A stretch of 45,472 nucleotides of DNA, taken from the NCBI GenBank assembly GCA_046757165.1, contig JBHHXT010000021.1, positions 1 through 45,472 on the forward strand, written 5' to 3'. The notes beneath the pieces are model-generated. The model ran no database searches and was not told where the DNA came from. It saw only the letters and a program-made list of their open reading frames with translations. Of this stretch, positions 17,321-26,289 are shown one piece after another (the first letter of the stretch is position 1; each line of letters starts with the position of its first letter). Origin of the DNA: a bacterium (GTDB lineage Bacteria; Zhuqueibacterota; Zhuqueibacteria; Oceanimicrobiales; Oceanimicrobiaceae). The translations under genes and the position numbers were made by a program.

Positions 17321-18289
17321 TCAGCAATGTGTCGTCGAGTTTTCGGAAACGGAGTGCGATACATCCGCCACCGACTTGTTTTGTCGCAGAATATCTTCAA
17401 CCAGCGTGTACGCCCGCTCTAATGTCGCGCGCTCTACTTGGCCGCCGGAGAATTTTGCCACATCTGATGAATTCAAAACCTCCTCTGCATGCCGAACGCT
17501 CCTATCCTCAACTGCCAATTTGTTTAGCTCATGGCAGATCTCCTGTGTGGTGAGCCCCATTGCTGGTATTCTGTATTTCTCGGAAAGGTACTTTTTGAAG
17601 ACCCTGGCCAGAGATGCGAACGCCTCCCCGGCATTGACGTCGTTCAAGTTTACGCACGCCTCGAGCTCAGACAGGAAGCGCTCCTCAACGGGAACAGCCT
17701 CGAGGGCGCGACGTTTTTCATCCGCCTCCTTAGCCCGTTTTCGTCGGACCACAGTCACACTCACTGCAGCGACCGCTCCCAGCACGAGAAGACCACTCGC
17801 AACAAGAATCAGAACATGATTGTTCCCTTCGATGATCGGGTCTGTCACTCTCACATCCAGCCTCTGCGTGACCAGCGTGTGCTCCTCTTCAGTCTCGAGA
17901 TCCTTGTAGGTGATGATAGAGCCGTCGATATAGGCCATCCCCAACTCCTGGGGCCGCAAGATATATTCAAACGTCTTGATTGCCCGCATCACGCTATCCT
18001 GTCTCACCTGGTTCGAAGACGAATTCCCGACCACCTCGAGGTTCGTGAGCACCGGGCGCTCCACCTTTTCGATTTCAAAACGGTCGAGGTCCCCTTTCCA
18101 GGTAACTTTGATCGCAAGAATTAGAGTTTCATTTTGGGGCACAACTTTCCTGCTGACCCGCGCAGTTACTTTCACCTCGCTGGCATACGCCCGAGTATTC
18201 TCGACACGACTGTCCTCTTCCTGGGCCAAACAAACACTTGCCCACAAGAACAACCCCATGAAAATGCACATACCTTCGCCTCTTCGCAT
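17321..18289 (-). CDS. BatD-like single-pass membrane protein
   Basis: Signal peptide, one BatD-type Ig-like domain, TM followed by RRKR, cytoplasmic domain GLTTQEI...SDVAKFSG. Confidence 0.75.
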   Translation of the reverse strand: MRRGEGMCIFMGLFLWASVCLAQEEDSRVENTRAYASEVKVTARVSRKVVPQNETLILAIKVTWKGDLDRFEIEKVERPVLTNLEVVGNSSSNQVRQDSVMRAIKTFEYILRPQELGMAYIDGSIITYKDLETEEEHTLVTQRLDVRVTDPIIEGNNHVLILVASGLLVLGAVAAVSVTVVRRKRAKEADEKRRALEAVPVEERFLSELEACVNLNDVNAGEAFASLARVFKKYLSEKYRIPAMGLTTQEICHELNKLAVEDRSVRHAEEVLNSSDVAKFSGGQVERATLERAYTLVEDILRQNKSVADVSHSVSENSTTHC

Positions 18290-18451
18290 CGTACCCTCAA
18301 AATTTTCGAATAAATATACTTTGGACGAAAAATAAAGTTCCGGTGAGACTGAGCCTGGATGTTACAAAATCGACCAACAAAAAAGCCGAATTTCAATCAA
18401 ATTAGTAGATCAAAAGATTCGGCCCACTGGCTGTCGCGAAGTCGTTTCACC

Positions 18452-18970
18452 TCACTTCAGGTGCGCTTCCCCGTTTGACTCTTCGCTGCCGAACAGGTCG
18501 AGCAACTGCTCATTCACGTCTTTCCCAAGGTGATCCAGCTCCCATTTGACGCTTTCAACCAGCTCATTTTCGGGATGCAACTGCAGGAATTCGTTGTAGG
18601 CCACCTCGGCCTTTTCATAATCCTTGATATCATTCGCGTAGATATACCCGATCATGAATCTGGCCCGTGCCACAAAGTCGCTTTCAGGCAACGTTTTGAT
18701 GAGACGCTCATGGTATTCAATCGCCTTGTGAAAATCGTTGACATTATTGTAGTAGATGAACGCCGCTTTCTGTAGCGCCTCCTCAGCATACTCGCTGTCG
18801 GCATAATTCTTTGCCAGCTTTTCATACGCGTGGAGCGCTTCATCCATTTTCTCTTCCTGCTCAAAAGTCTGAGCCTGGCGCAACAATTCTTCAGCACTTT
18901 CCCGTTCACCACACGCGATAAACAGGGTCAAAACGGTCAGGAAATTCCAATACACAAGACTATGTTTCAT
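18452..18970 (-). CDS. TPR lipoprotein (BamD/CpoB-like TPRs)
   Basis: FIAC lipobox; TPRs ending YADSEYA, LPESDFV, HPENEL; AGGAGG RBS. Confidence 0.8.
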   Translation of the reverse strand: MKHSLVYWNFLTVLTLFIACGERESAEELLRQAQTFEQEEKMDEALHAYEKLAKNYADSEYAEEALQKAAFIYYNNVNDFHKAIEYHERLIKTLPESDFVARARFMIGYIYANDIKDYEKAEVAYNEFLQLHPENELVESVKWELDHLGKDVNEQLLDLFGSEESNGEAHLK

Positions 18971-19148
18971 CTGCGATGTTCCTCCTAAAGTTCCTACCCA
19001 AAGTTTGCTTCATGCGGCAACAACACTTCCCTGGCTTGCCACAGAATCGGGATTGACTACAAAGGAAATAGTTTAATAATAAATAATAACATCAAAATCA
19101 AGTGATTTTTGTCGCAAACCGATGTCGCAAAGAATTATCACAACCATT

Positions 19149-19182
19149 AAAAAAGCGAAGGTCACGAAGGAACTTCGCTTTT
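19149..19182 (-). terminator. Intrinsic terminator after dnaK
   Basis: AAAAGCGAAG / CTTCGCTTTT inverted repeat with a T-run on the minus strand. Confidence 0.7.
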
Positions 19183-19267
19183 CTCATGTTTGTTGATTGG
19201 CTAAGCCACGGGCAAGGAGCTCCTGGCACAGAGCCGGAACGCCAGATCGTTATTCTCCGAGCGATCT

Positions 19268-21193
19268 CTAGCTTTTGGAACCGTCATCATCAACGACTTC
19301 AAAATCCGCTTCTTCGACCTTATCGTCTTTGTCGCCTGGCGTTGCTTGGGTGCCACTTTGCTTTGCCTGTGCGCCGCTTTCCGCACTGCCTCCGCCGGAT
19401 TGCTGGTACATCTTGCTCGCCATCGCATTCCAAATCTGGCTCAAAGCCTCGGTGGCGGATTTTAGCTCGTCAACATTGTCTGTTTTCATCGCCTCTTTGA
19501 CTCGACCGACACCTGTTTCTAGTTTGGCCTTGTCGTCAGCATTAAGCTTGTCGCCAATCTCCTGGATATTCTTTTCTGTCTGGTAGACGATCTGGTCAGC
19601 CTGGTTGCGGACGTCTACCCCTTCTCGTTTCTTCTTGTCTTCAGCGGCATGGGACTTGGCGTCATGCTTCATGCGCTCAATTTCATCCTTGGAGAGACCG
19701 GTCGAGGCTTCGATCCGAATCTTTTGCTCTTTGTTGGTCGCCTTATCCTTAGCTGAGACATTCAAGATGCCGTTGGCATCGATGTCGAACATCACTTCGA
19801 CTTGTGGAATGCCGCGCGGCGCCGGCGGAATCCCATCCAGGATGAATTTGCCGAGAGTCCGGTTGTCGATCGCCATCTCCCGCTCCCCCTGCAAAACATG
19901 GATCTCAACCGAGGTCTGGTTGTCTGCAGCGGTTGAGAATATCTCAGACTTCTGCGTCGGGATGGTCGTATTGGCTTCTATCAACTTGGTGGTCACCCCG
20001 CCCAGCGTCTCGATCCCCAGCGAGAGCGGTGTCACATCCAGCAGCAAGACATCTTTGACATCCCCTGCCAGGACGCCTCCCTGGATCGCCGCACCGACGG
20101 CAACGACTTCGTCCGGATTCACTCCTTTGTGCGGCTCCTTGCCGAAAAGCTCCTTGACCATCTCCTGTATCTTCGGCATTCGGGTCGACCCACCGACGAG
20201 CACAACCTCGTCAATATCGCTCGCACTGAGACCCGCATCTTTCATCGCGGCTTTGCAAGGCTGCAACGTTCTTCTGAAGAGATCGTCGCAAATCTGTTCG
20301 AATTTGGCCCTCGTCAACGTCAGGTTCAAATGCTTGGGCCCGGTGTCCGTGGCCGTAATGAACGGCAAATTGATGTCGGTCTGGGCAACGGTCGAAAGCT
20401 CGCATTTGGTTTTTTCCGCAGCTTCTTTCAGACGTTGAAGCGCCATGGGGTCCTTCGACAAGTCCACGCCTTCTTGCTTCTTGAACTCATCGACGATCCA
20501 ATCAATAATCCTCTGGTCAAAATCATCGCCACCGAGGTGGGTATCGCCATTGGTGGACTTCACCTCAAAGACGCCATCGCCGATTTCGAGGATTGAAATA
20601 TCGAAGGTGCCGCCGCCGAAATCATAAACGGCGATTTTCTGCTCTTGTTTTTTGTCAAGACCGTACGCAAGAGAGGCGGCCGTGGGCTCGTTGATGATCC
20701 GCTTCACCTCCAGACCCGCGATTTCTCCCGCTTCTTTTGTGGCCTGTCTCTGGCTATCGTTAAAGTAGGCCGGTACAGTGATGACTGCCGAGGTGACTTT
20801 CTGGCCAAGATAGTCCTCAGCGGTTTGCTTCATCTTTTGCAGCACCATCGCTGAGATTTCCTGCGGCGAGTACTCCTTATCCTGTATCTTGACCTTGGCG
20901 ACATTGTTTGCCCCCTTGACAACCTTATATGGAACCTCACTGATTTCGGTGTCGACTTCGCCGTACCGTCTTCCCACAAACCGCTTGATAGAGAATATGG
21001 TATTTTCAGGATTCGTAATTGCCTGACGTTTCGCGACCTGGCCGACTAACCGCTCCCCGTTCTTTGAAAACGCAATAACCGACGGGGTCGTTCTCGCGCC
21101 TTCGGCATTTGGTATGACGACAGGCTCTCCTCCTTCCATAACGGCAACGCAGGAATTTGTCGTCCCCAGATCAATACCGATGATCTTGCTCAT
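19268..21193 (-). CDS. dnaK: Chaperone DnaK (Hsp70)
   Basis: [31 protein letters not shown]-terminal [20 protein letters not shown] upstream of 21193. Confidence 0.98.
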   Translation of the reverse strand: MSKIIGIDLGTTNSCVAVMEGGEPVVIPNAEGARTTPSVIAFSKNGERLVGQVAKRQAITNPENTIFSIKRFVGRRYGEVDTEISEVPYKVVKGANNVAKVKIQDKEYSPQEISAMVLQKMKQTAEDYLGQKVTSAVITVPAYFNDSQRQATKEAGEIAGLEVKRIINEPTAASLAYGLDKKQEQKIAVYDFGGGTFDISILEIGDGVFEVKSTNGDTHLGGDDFDQRIIDWIVDEFKKQEGVDLSKDPMALQRLKEAAEKTKCELSTVAQTDINLPFITATDTGPKHLNLTLTRAKFEQICDDLFRRTLQPCKAAMKDAGLSASDIDEVVLVGGSTRMPKIQEMVKELFGKEPHKGVNPDEVVAVGAAIQGGVLAGDVKDVLLLDVTPLSLGIETLGGVTTKLIEANTTIPTQKSEIFSTAADNQTSVEIHVLQGEREMAIDNRTLGKFILDGIPPAPRGIPQVEVMFDIDANGILNVSAKDKATNKEQKIRIEASTGLSKDEIERMKHDAKSHAAEDKKKREGVDVRNQADQIVYQTEKNIQEIGDKLNADDKAKLETGVGRVKEAMKTDNVDELKSATEALSQIWNAMASKMYQQSGGGSAESGAQAKQSGTQATPGDKDDKVEEADFEVVDDDGSKS

Positions 21194-21282
21194 AAGCAAA
21201 CCTCCTTAGGTTCGATATCAATAAAAAATCACCTTCCTATCTCGAGAAAGCTGTCCTTCCAATGAAACTGTGCGTCTCGTCA

Positions 21283-21298
21283 AGCAAAGACTATGCCA
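21283..21298 (-). promoter_or_regulatory. sigma54 promoter for dnaK
   Basis: Minus strand TGGCATAGTCTTTGCT with correct -24/-12 spacing. Confidence 0.75.
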
Positions 21299-21338
21299 CC
21301 CAGGATAAGTTGTTCCAATGTACTCATAACGTTTATTT

Positions 21339-21351
21339 TATCAGCTACTTA
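21339..21351 (+). promoter_or_regulatory. IHF-like binding site
   Basis: TATCAGCTACTTA matches WATCAR-N4-TTR, is preceded by an AT tract, and lies between the sigma54 promoter and the upstream palindrome. Confidence 0.5.
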
Positions 21352-21410
21352 TTGCAGGAAAAGCGCCATGCGCATGGGTAAGGTCTCCTAACATTCTGCC
21401 AGACTTCTTC

Positions 21411-21423
21411 TGTCAATATGACA
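21411..21423. promoter_or_regulatory. TGTCA-N3-TGACA palindrome, candidate upstream activator site
   Basis: TGTCAATATGACA is a perfect inverted repeat; a degenerate copy lies 22 bp away at 21389-21401. Confidence 0.5.
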
Positions 21424-21424
21424 T

Positions 21425-21453
21425 AAAAAAAAGGACACCTCCTGCGGTGTCCT
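21425..21453 (-). terminator. Intrinsic terminator after the zinc-ribbon gene
   Basis: AGGACACC-6 nt-GGTGTCCT stem followed by a T8 run on the minus strand. Confidence 0.8.
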
Positions 21454-21478
21454 CGATTGCCCACAACGACCAATATTA

Positions 21479-21751
21479 CTAGTCCGAAGGCGGCTTCGAA
21501 GAGGCGTCCTCTTTGCTGCTGGATTTGCTCTTTGGTTTTGGTTTTGAATCCGGGGCCGAGGTATTTTTAGAGTTCTTGTAGTCTGTAATATAAAACCCCG
21601 AGCCTTTGAATATGAGTCCATTGCCACCTCCGATCAGTCTTTCAACCGGGCCGTTGCATTTGGGACAGCTCTCGAGTGGCTCCGAGGTGATGCTTTGAAA
21701 CTCCTCGAATTGGTAGCTACAATCCGCACAAACGTAGTCATAGGTTGGCAT
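21479..21751 (-). CDS. FmdB-family zinc-ribbon protein
   Basis: MPTYDYVCADC...CPKC...FKGSGFYITDY plus a Ser/Lys-rich tail. Confidence 0.9.
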   Translation of the reverse strand: MPTYDYVCADCSYQFEEFQSITSEPLESCPKCNGPVERLIGGGNGLIFKGSGFYITDYKNSKNTSAPDSKPKPKSKSSSKEDASSKPPSD

Positions 21752-21800
21752 AGACTCTCTTCCTCTATGTTGGACAACACGATTTCTTCCACATGTCCCA

Positions 21801-23324
21801 CTATTTGGGCACCTTCATGGCGATAAAATGGCTGTTTCGACCACGCTTGATCTGAAACAGAACAATTTGCCCGCTTTCGAACTTGCTCGCGATTCGCTCG
21901 AGGTCGCTCAGATTCCGGACCGGCTGCCTGTCGATTTCAGTGATGAGATCGCCAGGGCGCATGCCCTTTTCCTCAGCCACACTGTTGCGGCGGACCTCGG
22001 TCACCAAAACGCCTTCTTCAGTCTCATACCCGTATCTGTCTGCCAACTGACGTGTCAAATTGCTCAGTTCCAGGCCCAACCGGGCGGTGACTTCGTCTTC
22101 GTGCGGGGCCGTCCGCCTGACCTCCTCTTTTGAGCTCGGGCGTTGCTCCAACTTAACGGTAATGGTCTTTTCCTTCCCATCCCGAATCACCTCGAGCTTC
22201 ACTTTTTGACCAGGCTTGTAAGACGCAATTAGGTTTGTCAGCGCCTGGGCATCAGCTATCTTATGGCCATCAACTTCGACGATGACATCATACTCCTTCA
22301 ACCCGGCTTTGGCGGCAGGTGTGCCTTCCACAACCTGGGTCACAACCGCCCCCTGATTATCTTTGATCTTCAGGGCTTCGCTCAACTCCGCATCGGGCGT
22401 GTTAATAAAAACGCCGAGATAACCGCGCACCACTTCGCCATGGCTGATGAGATCATCCATGACTTGCTTGGCCAGATCAATTGGAACAGCAAAGCCGATT
22501 CCGATATTGCCGCCGGTGTTGCCGGCATAAATCGCCGTATTGATGCCGATCAATTCTCCCCTGATGTTGACGAGGGCGCCGCCACTATTGCCGGGATTGA
22601 TGGCTGCGTCGGTCTGGATAAAATCCTGGTAGGTGAGCTCGCCGCTGAGATTGAGGGTGCGGCCCTTTGCGCTGATGATCCCGGAGGTAACGGTGTGCTG
22701 CAACCTGAGGTCAAACGGGCTGCCGATGGCCAGGACCCATTCGCCAACTTCCAGCTTGTGCGAGTTGCCAATGGCGATAGTGGGCAAATTGGCTTTGTCT
22801 ATTTTCACCACAGCGATATCCGTCGCCGGGTCAGTGCCGACAACTTCAGCCTGATAAGGTTTTCTGTCCAACATGACGCTGATCTCATCCGCGTCCTTGA
22901 CAACATGGTAATTCGTTAAGATATAACCATTCGAGGCAACGATTACCCCCGACCCAAGACCCCGCTGCCGGTATTCCTGCTCGCCGCGGGGGGCGCGGAA
23001 AAAACGCTTGAAAAAGTCATCATTGTTGAAAAAATTCGAGAACGGATCTTGTACCTTGACCACCTTTTCACTCGTAATCGAGACGACGGCAGGGGTCACC
23101 TTTTTGGCGATCGCAACAAAGGCACGACTTGTGGCCTCGAGGTCCGAATTGCCAACCTGGAGCGGCTGCGCTGAATTGACAACTGCTGGGCTCGAATCAT
23201 CATCGGCAAACCCGTTTCGCGTCAGACTGAGATTGGAAGCCAGAACCAGCCCGATTATCACGCCCAGAAAAACCGAAAAAACGATAATCGTTACTTTTTT
23301 CTTATTTCTTCTATCTTTGTCCAT
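21801..23324 (-). CDS. degP: DegP/DegQ (HtrA, Do family) serine protease with two PDZ domains
   Basis: LTNYHVV, DPATDIAV, IQTDAAINPGNSGG (intact His-Asp-Ser triad), two PDZ domains; AGGAGG RBS. Confidence 0.93.
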   Translation of the reverse strand: MDKDRRNKKKVTIIVFSVFLGVIIGLVLASNLSLTRNGFADDDSSPAVVNSAQPLQVGNSDLEATSRAFVAIAKKVTPAVVSITSEKVVKVQDPFSNFFNNDDFFKRFFRAPRGEQEYRQRGLGSGVIVASNGYILTNYHVVKDADEISVMLDRKPYQAEVVGTDPATDIAVVKIDKANLPTIAIGNSHKLEVGEWVLAIGSPFDLRLQHTVTSGIISAKGRTLNLSGELTYQDFIQTDAAINPGNSGGALVNIRGELIGINTAIYAGNTGGNIGIGFAVPIDLAKQVMDDLISHGEVVRGYLGVFINTPDAELSEALKIKDNQGAVVTQVVEGTPAAKAGLKEYDVIVEVDGHKIADAQALTNLIASYKPGQKVKLEVIRDGKEKTITVKLEQRPSSKEEVRRTAPHEDEVTARLGLELSNLTRQLADRYGYETEEGVLVTEVRRNSVAEEKGMRPGDLITEIDRQPVRNLSDLERIASKFESGQIVLFQIKRGRNSHFIAMKVPK

Positions 23325-23438
23325 CGGATGCCTCCTAATTCATTGAATCCCACAAAAAGGTCACGGTAATCAAACCTGCCTTAAGAGAATAAAGTTTCGA
23401 AAAAAGTCCGCAGCAGGGGTGGGATGAGATAGCAGGTC

Positions 23439-24329
23439 TTATGTCAATTCAATTCTAACGTACTGGTCCCCCTGCAGGTCTTTGTTCTTGATGCCCATTC
23501 CCTTGAGCCGAAAGGTCTTGCTCTTGGTGGTATTTGGGGGGACACTCAGCTCAACGGTATGACCATACACCGTCTTTACGCGCACTTTGGTGCCCTTTTT
23601 CGCTTTTTCCCGTTCAATGGGAATTTCACAATTGATATCGAGACCCTCGATTTTGAAAAACCCGTGCATGGCCACCCTGATGGTGACGATCAAATCACCC
23701 TGCGGAAAGCCGTGTGCGGCGGGCCGGCCATGTCCGGAGAGACGCAGCTTCTTGCCGTCTTCGGTGCCAGGAGAAATATTCAGAGAGAATTGTTTGCCAT
23801 TTTTTTCTGGCACCGTGAAAATGGTCTTGCCCCCCAGAACGGCTGTTTCAAACGGGATCTCAACCGTTGCATGAATATCATTGATGTTTCTTTTCAAATC
23901 GTTTGGCTGCCGGAAGCCAGGTTGTCTGTCGAATATCTGACTGAAGAGATCACTCAGGCCGCCAAAACCGAAGAATTCATCAAGATTAAACTCTCCGCCG
24001 TGGCGGTATCGCATGCGCCTGCCATTACGAGGGGGATTGCCGAAAATGTCACTGAAATCAAAATCAAACCCGGGTTGATGGAAGCCTCCACTGGCCGTCC
24101 GAGGGGTAAAGCCAAATCTTCGCATTTGGTCGTACTGCTGCCGCTTCTTGCTGTCGCTCAAGACACTGTAGGCTTCCGAGATTTCCTTGAATTTTGCTTC
24201 AGCTTGTTTGTCACCCGGATGGGCATCAGGATGGTTTTCCTTCGCGAGTTTCCGATAGGCCCTCTTTATGGTTGCAAAATCTGCCTTCTCATCCACACCT
24301 AACATTTTGTAATAATTCTTGTATGCCAT
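23439..24329 (-). CDS. Class B J-domain protein (CbpA/DnaJ-like, no zinc finger)
   Basis: J domain with HPD (KENHPD), G/F-rich region, DnaJ C-terminal domains, no CxxCxGxG repeats. Confidence 0.9.
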   Translation of the reverse strand: MAYKNYYKMLGVDEKADFATIKRAYRKLAKENHPDAHPGDKQAEAKFKEISEAYSVLSDSKKRQQYDQMRRFGFTPRTASGGFHQPGFDFDFSDIFGNPPRNGRRMRYRHGGEFNLDEFFGFGGLSDLFSQIFDRQPGFRQPNDLKRNINDIHATVEIPFETAVLGGKTIFTVPEKNGKQFSLNISPGTEDGKKLRLSGHGRPAAHGFPQGDLIVTIRVAMHGFFKIEGLDINCEIPIEREKAKKGTKVRVKTVYGHTVELSVPPNTTKSKTFRLKGMGIKNKDLQGDQYVRIELT

Positions 24330-24387
24330 ATGACCAAATTATGCTTTCTGTCAAAAGGACATTTTGTTGCTAGGAAAATTAGAATTT

Positions 24388-24403
24388 TGCAATTAATATG
24401 CCA
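24388..24403 (-). promoter_or_regulatory. sigma54 promoter for the dnaJ-degP-zinc ribbon unit
   Basis: Minus strand TGGCATATTAATTGCA with correct -24/-12 spacing. Confidence 0.75.
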
Positions 24404-24547
24404 AAACAGGGGACTCCCCTACGCCTTTATTTTCTCATCACTTATAAACCACACTGAATCGAGGGGTAAGGTTCGAGATGTGTCAAACATAGACAGCTCT
24501 GTGTCATTGTGTCATAAAAAAGCAGTCGCTCAGGCATGGATTTTCTC

Positions 24548-26056
24548 CTACGGCTGTGGAACTTCAACAAAAACATGAACAGCCTCGTTGAATCGTTTTA
24601 CTGTAAAAATGGCGACCGATCCCGCCTCCAGCTCAGGAATCTTAGTGTAGAAATCATTCTGGCTCTCGATGCTCGTGTCATCGACTTCAACGATAACGTC
24701 ACCCTCCAGAAGCCCGGCATCCTCAGCGGGACTGAGTCTTTCGACTTTTGCCACCACCACGCCGCGCTCGCCATGATAGCCCAAGTCATCGGCGAGATCA
24801 CGTGTCAACTCTTCGATATCCAGACCCAGGTTTTCAAAGCTAGGTTTCTCTCTGCGGGACGAAATTCTGATTGCACCCGTTTCTTTTATCCCGAGAACCA
24901 CGTCAATTGCAAGCTGGTCATGATTGCGCAGCACATGCAACCGAACCGACTCACCTGGATTTTTTTTTGCGATGATCGCCTGTACCTGGTTACTCTTGTT
25001 GACCTCCTGGTCCTCGATCTGAAGAAGGACATCTTTGGCCCGAACGCCAGCTTGTTCAGCGGGACTGTCTTTCAACACACGGTCGATGAAAACGCCCCTG
25101 GGCTTATCCAGCGCGAATGCCCGCGCTTTTTTTTCATTCACATTTTGCATGGCGATTCCCAAATAGCCGCGCTCGACCTTCCCTTTGTGGATCAAATCGA
25201 GCATGATTTTCCTGGCGAGATTTATGGGGATGGCGAAACCGAAGCCGGCGTTGTACCCGCTTTCAGTTGCGATGGCGGTGTTCACGCCGATCACCTGTCC
25301 GCCAAGATTCACCAGTGCACCACCACTGTTGCCTGGATTGATGGCTGCGTCGGTCTGCAGGAAATTCTCAACTCTGTAGGTGTCGTCAATAATATCAATT
25401 TCGCGCTGCTTTGCACTGATTATCCCCGCGGTCACGGTAGAACGAAGTTCGAGTGGATTGCCGACAGCCAACACCCATTCTCCAACTCTGATCTCGTCTG
25501 AGTTCCCAAGCCGCGCGACCGGCAAATCACTCGCAGAGATCTTGACTACCGCCACCTCGGTAAGGGGGTCCAGCCCGACGATGTGTGCGTCGAACTCGCG
25601 ATTGTCATAAAGTAAGACGCGCACTTCCTCCGCCTTGTCCACCACATGCACGTTGGTCAGAATAAAGCCTTCCTCGGACACAATGATCCCTGACCCCGAA
25701 CCTTGCTGGCGAAGTTCGCCAGGAACCCGAAAACGAAAAAAATCATGCAGCTCGTCCCGGTTGTGAAACCTCTGTAAATCAGCCATGCTGACAAGGCGGG
25801 TAGACTGAATCGTCACGACTGTTGGCACCACACTCTCCGCGATCTGGACAAAAGCCTCGCTGGTGTTCTGCAGTGCCAACAACTCCTTCGGCACCGGTTG
25901 CTGCGAGCCCAACACGACATTCGTACCAGAATAAGACCTCTTTGAAGGTTGCGGGGAGTGCGTGAGGGTGAAACCGGCCGCAATGATCAATCCCATGACC
26001 ACGCCGACAGCCAACACCATGAGGCCGGTGCGAAATGAGCGGTGGTTTAACATCAT
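24548..26056 (-). CDS. Second DegP/HtrA-family protein with two PDZ domains; triad Asp replaced by Glu
   Basis: LTNVHVV, DPLTEVAV, LQTDAAINPGNSGG, two PDZ domains. Confidence 0.9.
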   Translation of the reverse strand: MMLNHRSFRTGLMVLAVGVVMGLIIAAGFTLTHSPQPSKRSYSGTNVVLGSQQPVPKELLALQNTSEAFVQIAESVVPTVVTIQSTRLVSMADLQRFHNRDELHDFFRFRVPGELRQQGSGSGIIVSEEGFILTNVHVVDKAEEVRVLLYDNREFDAHIVGLDPLTEVAVVKISASDLPVARLGNSDEIRVGEWVLAVGNPLELRSTVTAGIISAKQREIDIIDDTYRVENFLQTDAAINPGNSGGALVNLGGQVIGVNTAIATESGYNAGFGFAIPINLARKIMLDLIHKGKVERGYLGIAMQNVNEKKARAFALDKPRGVFIDRVLKDSPAEQAGVRAKDVLLQIEDQEVNKSNQVQAIIAKKNPGESVRLHVLRNHDQLAIDVVLGIKETGAIRISSRREKPSFENLGLDIEELTRDLADDLGYHGERGVVVAKVERLSPAEDAGLLEGDVIVEVDDTSIESQNDFYTKIPELEAGSVAIFTVKRFNEAVHVFVEVPQP

Positions 26057-26076
26057 GGCCCAGGCATAATCCAGAG

Positions 26077-26289
26077 TTAGAACCAGTTTTTGAGATATTT
26101 GCGAATTCGAACGATGGCCTGCTGACCTTGCCGCGGGAAGACCAATACGTAAGCCAGAAACAAAAATGCAATTCCCGGCAGGATGGGCAGTATCAAACCG
26201 AGCACACCAAGAACGACCAATATCGGAATCAACATTTTCTTGTTCTGCTGAAATTCCTTAATCTCTTCAGCGAGCCGCTTCTTTTTCAT
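26077..26289 (-). CDS. Small membrane protein (PGPGW/DUF454-like helical hairpin), 70 aa
   Basis: LGVLGLILPILPGIAFLFLAY hydrophobic hairpin; ATGA overlap with the upstream gene. Confidence 0.7.
   Translation of the reverse strand: MKKKRLAEEIKEFQQNKKMLIPILVVLGVLGLILPILPGIAFLFLAYVLVFPRQGQQAIVRIRKYLKNWF

Noticed and set aside
16400..17422. 340-aa plus-strand ORF opposite moxR
   Set aside because: Antisense shadow of a highly conserved gene.
19605..20438. 277-aa plus-strand ORF opposite dnaK
   Set aside because: Long antisense ORFs opposite hsp70 genes are a known codon-pattern artefact; no RBS or domain seen.
24536..25501. 321-aa plus-strand ORF opposite the second degP
   Set aside because: Antisense shadow without motifs.
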